Shown: piece by piece, positions 19,066 to 27,855 of the stretch
Numbering within the stretch: position 1 is the first letter of the stretch
How the letters are laid out: the number at the start of each line of letters is the position of its first letter
NCBI RefSeq assembly: GCF_000172995.2
Contig: NC_014729.1
Coordinates: forward strand, 1,440,001 to 1,472,000
DNA: 32,000 nt
From: Halogeometricum borinquense DSM 11551
GTDB lineage: Archaea; Halobacteriota; Halobacteria; Halobacteriales; Haloferacaceae
Reading direction: 5' to 3'
Translations under genes and position numbers: made by a program
Notes under the pieces: model-generated
Database searches by the model: none
Seen by the model: only the letters and a program-made list of their open reading frames with translations
Told to the model about the DNA's origin: nothing

Positions 19066-19266
19066 GAGCAAACCTCAGTTGAGACTGGAGGATTATATTA
19101 CTATCTTGACCCTCGTTAGCATGCACCCGCCGAATCCCCCGCCAAACGCCGTCCTGAGCCAAATTTCAATACTTTAGATGATTATGAAATATATATTACA
19201 CATAAACTAACGACTGGCCGCCGAATCCCATGAACGTTTTAGACGCCGCGTTCCCTTCGACCACCT

Positions 19267-19674
19267 ATGGACTACGAGGACCAACTCGACAAGGCACTTG
19301 ACGAGTCTCCGGACGTTACTGACAGAGGGAGTCGCTTTCAGGTCCCCGAACCGGTGGTCCGACCGGAAGGCAACGCGACGGTGTACGAGAATTTCGACGA
19401 GACGTGCGACCGACTCGCACGAGAGCCGTCGCATCTGATGAAGGCGCTTCAGTCGGAACTCGGAACGAGCGCGCAGATCGACGAGAAGGGGAGAGTCCGC
19501 CTCACGGGCGACTTTAGCCAGCGCCGCGTGCAGGACGCGCTTGACTCCTACGTAGACGACTACGTCCTCTGTAGCGAGTGCGACTCGCCCGACACGCGGC
19601 TGGTCACCGAGCAGGGCGCGATGGTACTGAAATGCGACGCGTGCGGTGCCCTCTCGGCAGTTCCGGACCTGTAG
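19267..19674 (+). CDS. eif2b: Translation initiation factor aIF2 subunit beta
   Basis: MDYEDQLDKALDE..., YENFDETCDRLAREPSHLMKALQSELGT, and a C-terminal zinc ribbon (CSECDSPDT...LKCDACG). TTTTAGA sits about 29 nt upstream. Confidence 0.93.
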   Translation: MDYEDQLDKALDESPDVTDRGSRFQVPEPVVRPEGNATVYENFDETCDRLAREPSHLMKALQSELGTSAQIDEKGRVRLTGDFSQRRVQDALDSYVDDYVLCSECDSPDTRLVTEQGAMVLKCDACGALSAVPDL

Positions 19675-19723
19675 GTGAAGGATAAAGAGCAGACCACTGG
19701 TGGTCGGCGGACTGAACTACCGG

Positions 19724-19903
19724 CTACTCGAACTGTTTTACCGTTTTGAGGTCGCGTTCTGTCCGCATGAACTCGGAGAGTCGGCGACTCATCCCACACG
19801 CTGAACAGGTGAAGTTTTTCTTTAGGCTGGGGAGACTCGACGGACTCGCTTCCCAGTCCTTTCCGCACTCGGGACACAGCAGTCGGACAAACGCTTCGAC
19901 CAT
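19724..19903 (-). CDS. Small zinc-ribbon protein (59 aa, CPxCG type), absent from the ORF track
   Basis: Hand translation: MVEAFVRLLCPECGKDWEASPSSLPSLKKNFTCSACGMSRRLSEFMRTERDLKTVKQFE-stop. It has two CxxC pairs and GC3 of about 66%. A TATA-like CTTTTATTC is centred about 29 nt upstream of the ATG. Confidence 0.65.
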   Translation of the reverse strand: MVEAFVRLLCPECGKDWEASPSSLPSLKKNFTCSACGMSRRLSEFMRTERDLKTVKQFE

Positions 19904-19927
19904 GGTATCAATTGACTCGGGGTGCAG

Positions 19928-19936
19928 GAATAAAAG
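19928..19936 (-). promoter_or_regulatory. TATA-like box for the 59-aa zinc-ribbon gene
   Basis: Forward GAATAAAAG (minus strand CTTTTATTC) is centred 29 nt from ATG 19903. Confidence 0.4.
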
Positions 19937-20013
19937 TTTCCGCGAGAAGGGTTCCGTGTACCGAGAAGAAATCCGCGCGTCGAGAAGAGATCCCTATACA
20001 GCGCCCAATTTGA

Positions 20014-21006
20014 TTAGGCGAATAAGCCCGCATCATCCACTTCGAGCAATTCTTTGTACCGGTTTCGGATAGTGACCTCCGAGATGCTGGCCACCTCGCT
20101 TACCTCACTCTGCGTCACCTTCTCGTTGGTGAGCAACGCGGCGGCGTAGACGGCGGCCGCGGCGAGACCAACGGGAGATTTGCCCGAGTGAATCCCGGCC
20201 TTTTTCGCGTTCCGAAGCAGGTCGCGTGCCTGTCGCTCTGCCTCGTCGGAGAGATCAAGTTCGGAGGCGAACCGCGGAACGTACTGCTCGGGGTCGGCAG
20301 GTTCGATTTCCAGCTTTAGCTCGCGGACGACGTAGCGGTACGTCCGGGTTAACTCCATCTTATCGACGCGAGAGACGGTCTCCAACTCGTCGAGCGAGCG
20401 GGGAGTACCGGCCTGTCGCGCCGCAGCGTAGAGTGCGGAGGTAGCGACGCCTTCGATGGACCGACCGGGGAGGAGGTCGTCGTCCAGCGCACGGCGGTAG
20501 ATGACCGAGGCCGTCTCGCGGACGTTCTCGGGGAGACCGAGCGCCGAAGCCATCCGGTCGATTTCACCGAGCGCCTGCTTTAGGTTCCGCTCCTTGGAGT
20601 TACGCGTGCGGAAGCGCTCGTTCCACGTCCGTAGGCGCTGCATCTGCTCGCGCTGGCGGGCCGAGAGCGCCTTTCCGTAGGCGTCTTTGTTCTGCCAGCC
20701 GATGTTGGTAGACAGTCCTTTGTCGTGCATCATACGCGTCGTCGGCGCACCGACACGCGACTTCGAGTCGCGCTCGGAGCTGTTGAACGCGCGCCATTCC
20801 GGACCGCGGTCGACGGCGTCCGTCTCGACGACGAGTCCACAGTCTCCGCAGACTGTCTCGCCCCGTGCCTCGTCGGTTATCAGTGATCCGCCACACTCTG
20901 GGCAGACCTGCGTTTCCTCTTCTGTCTCTTCTTCTGTCACCGCCTCGTCTGTGTTCTCGCGTCGTCGGTCTGTACTTACGTACTCTCTCGTTGTTGTGTC
21001 ACTCAT
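20014..21006 (-). CDS. tfb: Transcription initiation factor IIB (TFB)
   Basis: It has a zinc ribbon (CPECGGSLITDEARGETVCGDCG), a B-reader/linker (GPEWRAFNSSERDSKSRVGAPTT) and two cyclin repeats. ATG 21006 (MSDTTT) is preferred; the track ORF starts at 21030. Confidence 0.93.
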   Translation of the reverse strand: MSDTTTREYVSTDRRRENTDEAVTEEETEEETQVCPECGGSLITDEARGETVCGDCGLVVETDAVDRGPEWRAFNSSERDSKSRVGAPTTRMMHDKGLSTNIGWQNKDAYGKALSARQREQMQRLRTWNERFRTRNSKERNLKQALGEIDRMASALGLPENVRETASVIYRRALDDDLLPGRSIEGVATSALYAAARQAGTPRSLDELETVSRVDKMELTRTYRYVVRELKLEIEPADPEQYVPRFASELDLSDEAERQARDLLRNAKKAGIHSGKSPVGLAAAAVYAAALLTNEKVTQSEVSEVASISEVTIRNRYKELLEVDDAGLFA

Positions 21007-21101
21007 GGTGGGATGCAGACTCATCGCCATCCGGGTGAAGAGTAAAGAAATGAGAGAGACTCCGGGTGGGCTGAGTCCTTACTCTTAGTAATTTTCGAGA
21101 G

Positions 21102-21109
21102 TATATAAA
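21102..21109 (-). promoter_or_regulatory. Strong TATA element (TTTATATA on the minus strand) upstream of tfb
   Basis: Forward TATATAAA at 21102-21109 is preceded on the minus strand by a purine-rich BRE-like GGGGAAAC. It lies about 95-100 nt from the tfb ATG, implying a leader of about 70 nt. The sequence is near-palindromic and could fire in both directions. Confidence 0.45.
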
Positions 21110-21381
21110 TGTTTCCCCAAATTCAACCAGAGAAAACCGCAGTACAGCACCGATAATCGTCTAAAACCGTCTTTTTTGGGACATATGGCATCACCTCACA
21201 TGCAGGTCTTATGGCTTTCGGCCTCTGTCCGTTCTCTGGCTAGCTGAGAGAGCGGACGCTCGAAACAGGACTTATCTTGATTCACCACCAAGTTCTACGA
21301 TCTTATTCACTGTAACCGAGTGAACGTTCTGCACCCTCGGCACTTCGGCTACACTGATAGTATCGGGGTCTACTCTGTCGT

Positions 21382-22380
21382 TCACAGCCATCCCTCGCGG
21401 TCGAAATGATACAGGAGGATGAGCGTCACAAGGGCCATCCCGAGCATCACCGCCGGATACGCGTACGACCACGAGAGTTCCGGCATATTCCACGCGCCGT
21501 CGCTGAAGTTCATCCCGTAGATGCCGACAACGAACGTGAGCGGGATGAATATCGTTGCAACGACGGTGAGACGGCGCATCACCTCGTTTGTCGATTGAGA
21601 GAGCGCGTTCAGGTAGATATCTCGCGAACCGCGCGCTAACTCCCGGTATGTCTCCGTCAGATCCACGATTTCAATGAGGTGGTCGTACACGTCTCGATAG
21701 TATTTCTCGGTCGATTCGCGGACGTGCGCCGCGTCACCGCGTGCGAGTACTGAAACGGCCTCCCGGGTCGGCCACACGACCTTTCGGAACGAGAGCAGAT
21801 CGCGTCTGACGGTGTTCAGACCATCCAGTATATCCGGGTCTGGCCCTTCGAGTACACCGTCTTCGATCACCTCTATTGTATCCTCTATCTCATCAAGAAG
21901 GTCGAAATAGTCGTCTACGACTCGGTCGAGGATGCGATATGCCACGAAATCGGGTCCGTTGACGAGGATGCGCCCTTCACGGTTCTCGACAGACTGCCAG
22001 ACGCGCTCGACAGCCGTCACAGCCGTTTCCTCGACGGTCAGGGTTACCACCCAGTCTTGGCCGATAAACATGCCTACAGGGCGTGTCTGCACTTCTTCAT
22101 CGAACGTCGTCTCTCCGCGCCGGAGCGACGCTGATTTCACGAGAACGAACGTGTGGTCGTGAAACTCCTCTGTTTTCGGCCGCACGTCGCTCCGAATATC
22201 TTCGAGTTCGAGCGTGTGAATCGAGAAGACGCGCGAAATCGTATCGATCTCCTCCGGCGTCGCGGCCGAGACGCGAACCCACGTCGTCCCGTGGGCGTCC
22301 CGCGCTGCTTCGAGATCCGACGCCGACTCGACGGAAACCGTCTCGACACCGCCGGCGTCGTACACTTGTGCGGAAATCAC
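21382..22380 (-). CDS. corA: CorA family magnesium/cobalt transporter
   Basis: GMN motif (GIYGMNF) between two C-terminal TM helices (LTVVATIFIPLTFVVGIYG, YAYPAVMLGMALVTLILLY). GTG start at 22380. Confidence 0.92.
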   Translation of the reverse strand: MISAQVYDAGGVETVSVESASDLEAARDAHGTTWVRVSAATPEEIDTISRVFSIHTLELEDIRSDVRPKTEEFHDHTFVLVKSASLRRGETTFDEEVQTRPVGMFIGQDWVVTLTVEETAVTAVERVWQSVENREGRILVNGPDFVAYRILDRVVDDYFDLLDEIEDTIEVIEDGVLEGPDPDILDGLNTVRRDLLSFRKVVWPTREAVSVLARGDAAHVRESTEKYYRDVYDHLIEIVDLTETYRELARGSRDIYLNALSQSTNEVMRRLTVVATIFIPLTFVVGIYGMNFSDGAWNMPELSWSYAYPAVMLGMALVTLILLYHFDREGWL

Positions 22381-22538
22381 GCTCCGTCCCCACTCGTCCC
22401 GATAGCGAGTAACGTCACACCGACCATGAGGCCTACGAGTGACGCGGAGCGACCCGGATACGGCGTGATAACGCCGACACCGTAGCCGACGAGTGAGAGC
22501 CCGATCAGAACGCTCCCAGCGGTCCCTTCGCGGTTCAT
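22377..22538 (-). CDS. Small two-helix membrane peptide (53 aa) overlapping the corA start, absent from the ORF track
   Basis: Hand translation: MNREGTAGSVLIGLSLVGYGVGVITPYPGRSASLVGLMVGVTLLAIGTSGDGA-stop. GC3 is about 72%. The stop TGA (22379-22377) overlaps the corA GTG (22380-22378) as GTGA. An A/T-rich AATAATACTTTT lies about 30-40 nt upstream of the ATG. Confidence 0.6.
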   Translation of the reverse strand: MNREGTAGSVLIGLSLVGYGVGVITPYPGRSASLVGLMVGVTLLAIGTSGDGA

Positions 22539-22652
22539 GCGTCTGTCGTCCTGCGCCGGAGAGAAAAGTATTATTCAGCTGTCAACATCGAGTGCTCCAC
22601 ATCCGAAATCGAACGATCCCATTCTCATGGAGCGTTCGGGGTTCCGCCCAGT

Positions 22653-23327
22653 TTAGGCGGCCTGTTCGGTGGTCCCGTTCGCTTCAGCCGGGTGTTCGAT
22701 TGCTCGCATCATCGACATGATGTTGTTTTCTTCGCTGTCGAGCTTTTGCGGGTAGAGTCCGAGACCGACGATGAAGTCCTCACCGTCTTTGTATTTCATG
22801 ACGTGAACGTACACGTCAACTCGCTCTCCGTTGATCGTCGCCTTCGCAGCGAACTTCGTCACTTCTGTTTCCTGTCCTTGGACAGTGATCGTCTGTGAAC
22901 TGACTTTGTTCACGTCGCTGAGGCCTTGATACTGGGTTTCGACGAGTCCCACGAGTTGTCTACTTGAGTAGTCGGAGATGGGGTTCATCGTCTGTCCGGC
23001 GACTTCGACGGCGGGCGAGGAGATAACGGTAAACATCCCCAACTTCGCCTCGAAGATGGTGAGATCGAGCGTCTTCTCGTACGTAGTCACTTGATTTTTG
23101 GCGACGACGTGCCGTTCCTGTCCGGCCACAGTGACCGTCTCGTTCACTTCGACGGTTTGCGGACCATCGGTTGCGTACCCGGCGCTTTCGGCCGCTGATT
23201 CGTCTACGACCGCTGGTTTCGCGGCGAAGGAAAGTGACTCCTCACCGGTCAGAAAGCCGATACAGCCTGTTGTCGTCGTGAGTATCGCAACTGCGAGGAC
23301 CGCAGCCACGATACGACGGGTTGTCAT
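22653..23327 (-). CDS. Secreted Tat-type lipoprotein of unknown function
   Basis: The signal MTTRRIVAAVLAVAILTTTTGC has a twin arginine, a hydrophobic core and a lipobox Cys. The mature part is Thr/Val/Gln-rich and looks beta-rich. Confidence 0.75.
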   Translation of the reverse strand: MTTRRIVAAVLAVAILTTTTGCIGFLTGEESLSFAAKPAVVDESAAESAGYATDGPQTVEVNETVTVAGQERHVVAKNQVTTYEKTLDLTIFEAKLGMFTVISSPAVEVAGQTMNPISDYSSRQLVGLVETQYQGLSDVNKVSSQTITVQGQETEVTKFAAKATINGERVDVYVHVMKYKDGEDFIVGLGLYPQKLDSEENNIMSMMRAIEHPAEANGTTEQAA

Positions 23328-23444
23328 TGTGAGGATGACTTTTTCGGCAACAGGAATAAACCCGTGGGCTGGCGCTTCAGAGCATCACACGCCTATCACG
23401 TTTGTCTGCGAAGCTGTCTGTTGTGCGCTGTCACCCGTTCGGCG

Positions 23445-23843
23445 TCACTCGCCCGCCGTTGAGGAATTCGCATCGTCGCTCCGCCGTTCGTTCTCGCGTG
23501 TGACGACGCGCCCGACGTACCAGTAGTACGCAAGTGTGACGAGTGGAAAGACGAGCGCGGCCGAGAACCACAGATGCCGGGAGAAGCCCCATTCGACGCC
23601 CTGCCTGCGGAGTGCCCGGATATCCGCCCAAATCAGCCCCGAAAAGAAAATATGCATCACGCCGATGACAGTGAAGATTCCCGGCCAGCCGACGCCGAAC
23701 GCCGGCACGACGAGTACGATGACCGCTCCGAGTCCCCAGATGAGGAGCAGAAGGCGGCGATAGACGCTATTCACCGGTTCCGACGTTGCATCCCGCTCGA
23801 CTTGCCGCCCGCGCCGGTAGCCGTCGCTGCGCTCCCCACTCAT
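23445..23843 (-). CDS. Hypothetical membrane protein (132 aa, about 3 TM helices)
   Basis: It contains LLLLIWGLGAVIVLVVPAFGV, IFTVIGVMHIFFSGLIWA and LWFSAALVFPLVTLAYYWYV. Confidence 0.65.
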   Translation of the reverse strand: MSGERSDGYRRGRQVERDATSEPVNSVYRRLLLLIWGLGAVIVLVVPAFGVGWPGIFTVIGVMHIFFSGLIWADIRALRRQGVEWGFSRHLWFSAALVFPLVTLAYYWYVGRVVTRENERRSDDANSSTAGE

Positions 23844-23886
23844 ACCTGTACTGTCCTCGCACCGGAGTAAAAGGTCATCGCGGGCA

Positions 23887-24351
23887 TTAGCCGAGGTAAC
23901 TCACGGTCACGTTGTGTGGTCCGTCCGGCGTCTCAAGCGTTACTTGGTCTGCGAGAGTCTCGCGGATGGACTCTCGCCACGCTTCGACGGCCTCAGCGTG
24001 GCGCTTGTGGTGTCTGTCGCGCGTATACGGTTCGTCGGAGGTGCGGAGTTCGTCGCCCGTCTCGTCTACAGTCGGAAACGACGGCGCGTCGTGAACCAGT
24101 CGCTCTGGAAGGATGTGAATCGGCTGTACGCCACCTTCGTATTCGCCTTCCGTCCCGGCGAGATGTAGACGGGCGCGCATCCGCCCCGCGAACGGCGGCG
24201 TCACGCGCAAAACGGCGTTCCGGTCACGTCGCTGGTTGGCTTCCAGTGCCGTTACCACATCATCGGTCGTCACCGCGAGCGCCTGTATCCGCTGCGGCCC
24301 GGACTCGCGTCGCTCGTCGGTGTTATCCTCCGCGTCCGAGTCGTCACCCAC
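23887..24351 (-). CDS. Hypothetical acidic protein (154 aa if started at GTG 24351)
   Basis: The track ORF (195 aa) starts at GTG 24474, but its first 41 codons have GC3 of only about 54%. The 39 codons counted from GTG 24351 have about 77%. Those first 41 codons are also overlapped by a zinc-ribbon ORF in another frame. No family recognised. Confidence 0.6.
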   Translation of the reverse strand: MGDDSDAEDNTDERRESGPQRIQALAVTTDDVVTALEANQRRDRNAVLRVTPPFAGRMRARLHLAGTEGEYEGGVQPIHILPERLVHDAPSFPTVDETGDELRTSDEPYTRDRHHKRHAEAVEAWRESIRETLADQVTLETPDGPHNVTVSYLG

Positions 24352-24478
24352 TGGTACTGCGTGTCGATCTGTGCTGTGGACCGAGTTCGCCGTTACACTC
24401 CGGACACGCTGACCGGAACGACCCTGCAGAGACGCGATTCCCGCAGTTACGACAGACGAAAGGTGACCGCTCACTCAT
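24344..24478 (-). CDS. Small zinc-ribbon protein (44 aa), absent from the ORF track
   Basis: Hand translation from ATG 24478: MSERSPFVCRNCGNRVSAGSFRSACPECNGELGPQHRSTRSTSG-stop (CxxC...CPxC). The stop overlaps GTG 24351 of the downstream ORF (GTGGGTGA). GC3 of about 58% is not decisive. Confidence 0.5.
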   Translation of the reverse strand: MSERSPFVCRNCGNRVSAGSFRSACPECNGELGPQHRSTRSTSG

Positions 24479-24598
24479 CGTTGACGACACACTGTTTGTG
24501 GTTCTCATTGTTAAACGTTATCACGAAACATCTGTGGGGACGAACGGTCCGGTCTTCGTACCGGGACGGATATACAGGCGCGGAGAGTGCGTGAACGT

Positions 24599-25453
24599 AT
24601 GAACGACGGAACCGCCCCGACAGGGACGGGCTGGTTCGAGGATATCGCCCCGGACGACGCCGAGAGCGCGAGCGAAGCGATTGCCGACGGCGAGGCCGAC
24701 GAACCACGTGATTGGCCCGCGCTCGCGGTCGAATCGGGCCACGCCGACTCCGAGGACGAGTACTACGACCAACTCCGCGAGGCCACTCTCACGGCGACGA
24801 GAGCGGCCGTCCGCGAGCGCGAACGTGCGGACGACAAGCAACTTGTCCACGCCGTTCGCGCGATGGACGACGCCGAACGCACCGCAAACGAACTCGCGGA
24901 ACGTCTCGCCGAGTGGGCCGGGACGTTGTACGACGACGCGGGCGTCGGTATCGAGGGCGCGCGCGACTTGGCCGACAAGGACCCGCAGACGCCGGTCGAA
25001 GACCGGGTCGTCTCGTATGCTCGGCGCGTCGCCGACCTCGCAGACGAGCGCGACGACCTGCGGGCGTTCGTCGAATCGCGTGCCCCCGCGCTTGCACCTA
25101 ACCTCGCTGAGATGGCCGGTCCGGTTCTCGCGGCCCGCCTCATCGCCCTCGCGGGTGGTCTCGAACGGTTGGCAAAGATGCCGTCCGGGACCGTGCAGGT
25201 TCTCGGCGCGGAGGATGCCCTGTTCGCTCACTTGGAAGGCCGCGGATCGTCTCCGAAACACGGCGTCATCTACGTCCACGAGTACGTGCGCGGTACCCAT
25301 CCCGAACACCGTGGGTCGGCCGCGCGCGCATTCGCCGGGAAACTCGCTATTGCCGCACGTATCGACCACTATTCCGGCGAGTTCAAATCGGAGATTCACG
25401 AGGAGTTAGCTGAACGCATGGAGACGATTCGAGCGCGGGAGGTGGCCGAATGA
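24599..25453 (+). CDS. nop5: Nop5/Nop56/58 family C/D box sRNP protein
   Basis: Nop domain: LAPNLAEMAGPVLAARLIALAGGLERLAKMPSGTVQVLGAEDALFAHL...KHGVIYVHEYV. The ATG at 24599 is preferred over the upstream GTG 24587. The ATGA overlaps the fibrillarin start. Confidence 0.9.
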   Translation: MNDGTAPTGTGWFEDIAPDDAESASEAIADGEADEPRDWPALAVESGHADSEDEYYDQLREATLTATRAAVRERERADDKQLVHAVRAMDDAERTANELAERLAEWAGTLYDDAGVGIEGARDLADKDPQTPVEDRVVSYARRVADLADERDDLRAFVESRAPALAPNLAEMAGPVLAARLIALAGGLERLAKMPSGTVQVLGAEDALFAHLEGRGSSPKHGVIYVHEYVRGTHPEHRGSAARAFAGKLAIAARIDHYSGEFKSEIHEELAERMETIRAREVAE

Positions 25454-26085
25454 CGGACCTTCCATCAGGGGTCGAACGCCGACCCTTTGACGGCCGCGAG
25501 CGCCTCTCGACGCACGGAGAGACAGTGTACGGTGAACCCCGCGACGAGGACGGGTGGCGCGCGTGGGACGCCGGTCGATCGAAACTCGGCGCGATGTTCG
25601 AGTACGGAATGGACACCGGCCTCGTCGGTGACGAGACCGTTCTTTACCTCGGTGCGGCGTCGGGGACGACCGTTTCGCACGTCGCCGACTTCGCAGGGCC
25701 GACGTACGCCGTCGAGTTCGCGGCGCGTCCGGTCCGTGACCTCCTCGGCGTCGCGGAAGCGAGAGACAACCTCTTTCCGCTCCTGAAGGACGCGCGAAAG
25801 CCCGAGACGTATGCACATATCGTTGAAGCCGACCTCGATTGTATCGTACAGGACGTCGCGACGCGCGGACAAGCGACCGTCGCCAACCGGAACCGACAGT
25901 TCCTCCGCGACGATGGTCGTCTGCTCGCGGTCATCAAAGCCCGAAGCGAGGATGTGACTGCCGATCCGGACGACGTATTCGAGGACGTTCTCACCGAATT
26001 GCGCGAGGCGTACGAGATTCTGGAGACGACGCGACTCGACAGATTCCACGACGACCATCTCGGCGTTGTCGCACGTCCAAAGTAA
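25450..26085 (+). CDS. flpA: Fibrillarin-like rRNA/tRNA 2'-O-methyltransferase
   Basis: It has YGEPRDEDGWRAWDAGRSKLGA, a SAM motif (VLYLGAASGTTVSHVAD) and DARKPE...IVQDVA. It is coupled to nop5 by a 4-nt overlap. Confidence 0.93.
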   Translation: MTDLPSGVERRPFDGRERLSTHGETVYGEPRDEDGWRAWDAGRSKLGAMFEYGMDTGLVGDETVLYLGAASGTTVSHVADFAGPTYAVEFAARPVRDLLGVAEARDNLFPLLKDARKPETYAHIVEADLDCIVQDVATRGQATVANRNRQFLRDDGRLLAVIKARSEDVTADPDDVFEDVLTELREAYEILETTRLDRFHDDHLGVVARPK

Positions 26086-26168
26086 TCATAGATTGAACTA
26101 CATGGTCGGTACAGGACTCAAATATTGTGTTTTCTGGCAGTATGCACGGGTCGCCGGGGTCCACGACC

Positions 26169-26176
26169 TATTTAAT
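26169..26176 (+). promoter_or_regulatory. TATA-like box for gshA
   Basis: TATTTAAT is centred about 27 nt upstream of ATG 26200, implying a leaderless mRNA. Confidence 0.4.
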
Positions 26177-26199
26177 CGGCCCGCGCTAACGACCGTGCG

Positions 26200-27276
26200 A
26201 TGGAATTAGGGTCGGCCGACGCCTTCGACCGAATGGGCACCCTCGGTGTCGAAGAGGAGTTCTACATCGTTGATAGCGACGGCTACCCGGCCTCAGGTAT
26301 CTCTGACCTCATCTACGACGACCCGCCGGAGGGCCTTCTCGGTGACCGCATCGACCACGAACTGTTCAAGTTCACTGTCGAGACGCAGACACCGCTCATC
26401 GAGAACCCTTCGGAGGCTGACGAACTCGTCCGTGCGGTCCGTGAGGCACTCGTGTCACACGCCGCCGACCACGGCTACCGCATCGCTGCGGCCGGGCTCC
26501 ACCCCGCGGCGAAGTGGCGCGAACTCGATCACGCGACGAAACCACGCTACAAGTCGCAACTCGACCGTATCCAGTACCCGCAACACCGAAACACGACGGC
26601 GGGTCTGCACGTCCACGTCGGCGTAGACGATCCGGATAAGGCGACGTGGATTGCCAACGAGCTTCGGTGGTACCTTCCGCCGCTTCTCGCCCTCTCGGCG
26701 AACTCGCCGTTCTGGAACGGATTCGACACCGGTCTCTCCTCTGCCCGAGCAAAGATTTTCGAGAACCTGCCGAACACGGGAATGCCCTCCCGGTTCGAGG
26801 ACTTCGAGGCGTACCAGCGATTCGAGCGCCGGATGGTCGAACACGGCTCTATCGAGGACCGCGGCGAACTCTGGTACGACGTGCGTCCGCACACCGGTCA
26901 CGGCACCGTCGAGGTCCGGACCCCGGACGCGCAGTCGGACCCAGAGAAGACGCTGGCGTTCGTCGAATACGTCCACGCGCTGGTCCTCGACCTCGCCGCT
27001 CGGTACGAGGATGGCGAGTCGGGAACGACGATACGCCGCGAACTCTTAGACGAGAACAAGTGGCGCGCCACGCGACACGGCCACGACGCGAGTTTCATCG
27101 CCCTTGACGGTGAAGGGACGGTTTCGCTCGAACAGTTCGTCATCGAGGAGTGCGACCGACTCGATGTGGACGGCCTCAAAGATATCTTCGACGCCGAGAG
27201 CGGAGCCGAACGCCAGCGACGGATTCACGCCGACGAGAGCCTCGATACCTTGTGTAACGTACTCTGTCTGAACTGA
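26200..27276 (+). CDS. gshA: Glutamate--cysteine ligase, GCS2/YbdK carboxylate-amine ligase family (haloarchaeal GshA type)
   Basis: It has [33 protein letters not shown] and PFW. The length and motifs fit the family that makes gamma-glutamylcysteine in haloarchaea. Confidence 0.85.
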   Translation: MELGSADAFDRMGTLGVEEEFYIVDSDGYPASGISDLIYDDPPEGLLGDRIDHELFKFTVETQTPLIENPSEADELVRAVREALVSHAADHGYRIAAAGLHPAAKWRELDHATKPRYKSQLDRIQYPQHRNTTAGLHVHVGVDDPDKATWIANELRWYLPPLLALSANSPFWNGFDTGLSSARAKIFENLPNTGMPSRFEDFEAYQRFERRMVEHGSIEDRGELWYDVRPHTGHGTVEVRTPDAQSDPEKTLAFVEYVHALVLDLAARYEDGESGTTIRRELLDENKWRATRHGHDASFIALDGEGTVSLEQFVIEECDRLDVDGLKDIFDAESGAERQRRIHADESLDTLCNVLCLN

Positions 27277-27327
27277 TTTTTCGGAAAGGTTTTTCACCGT
27301 TTGGTTTTGACCTGTGTGATAGAACAT

Positions 27328-27855
27328 ATGTCTACGGACGACTCCTCCGATGATCCTACCGAGAGCGGTTCCGCCGACGAGACAGTGGCGGATCACGGCG
27401 ATGAATCAACAGAGCAAACGACGCGCGAGCGACTCGAAGCAGAGGCCGACCGTGCGGTCGCGGAGTTCGACGAGAACGTCGTCGATCTCCTCGCGTGGTT
27501 GCTCGACACCGAAACGCGCGCTCGTATCTTCGTTTTCCTCCGGCAGAATCCCCACGCCACGAGCGAGGAAGTCGCAAACGGCACCGGTCTCTACCCGAGT
27601 ACGGTACGGGAGGCACTCGCCGAACTCCACGACGAGGAGATGGTCTCTCGTCGCAAACGGAAAAACTCCGGCGCGGGCAACAACCCCTACGAGTACGAGG
27701 CCATCGCGCCGAGCGAGCTCGTCCGCGGGGCCGTCGGCCAGGTCCAATCGCAACTGAACACTCTGTTCAATCTCGACCGCCGACTCCTCGGCGACGACGG
27801 GGATGGCGACGTCGAACCCGTCACTATCACCGTCCGAGACGATACCGACGAGTGA
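27328..27855 (+). CDS. Winged-helix (ArsR/TrmB-like) transcriptional regulator with an acidic N-terminal tail
   Basis: DTETRARIFVFLRQNPHATSEEVANGTGLYPSTVREALAELHDEEMVSRRK. ATG 27328 is preferred over the track start 27301. Confidence 0.7.
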   Translation: MSTDDSSDDPTESGSADETVADHGDESTEQTTRERLEAEADRAVAEFDENVVDLLAWLLDTETRARIFVFLRQNPHATSEEVANGTGLYPSTVREALAELHDEEMVSRRKRKNSGAGNNPYEYEAIAPSELVRGAVGQVQSQLNTLFNLDRRLLGDDGDGDVEPVTITVRDDTDE

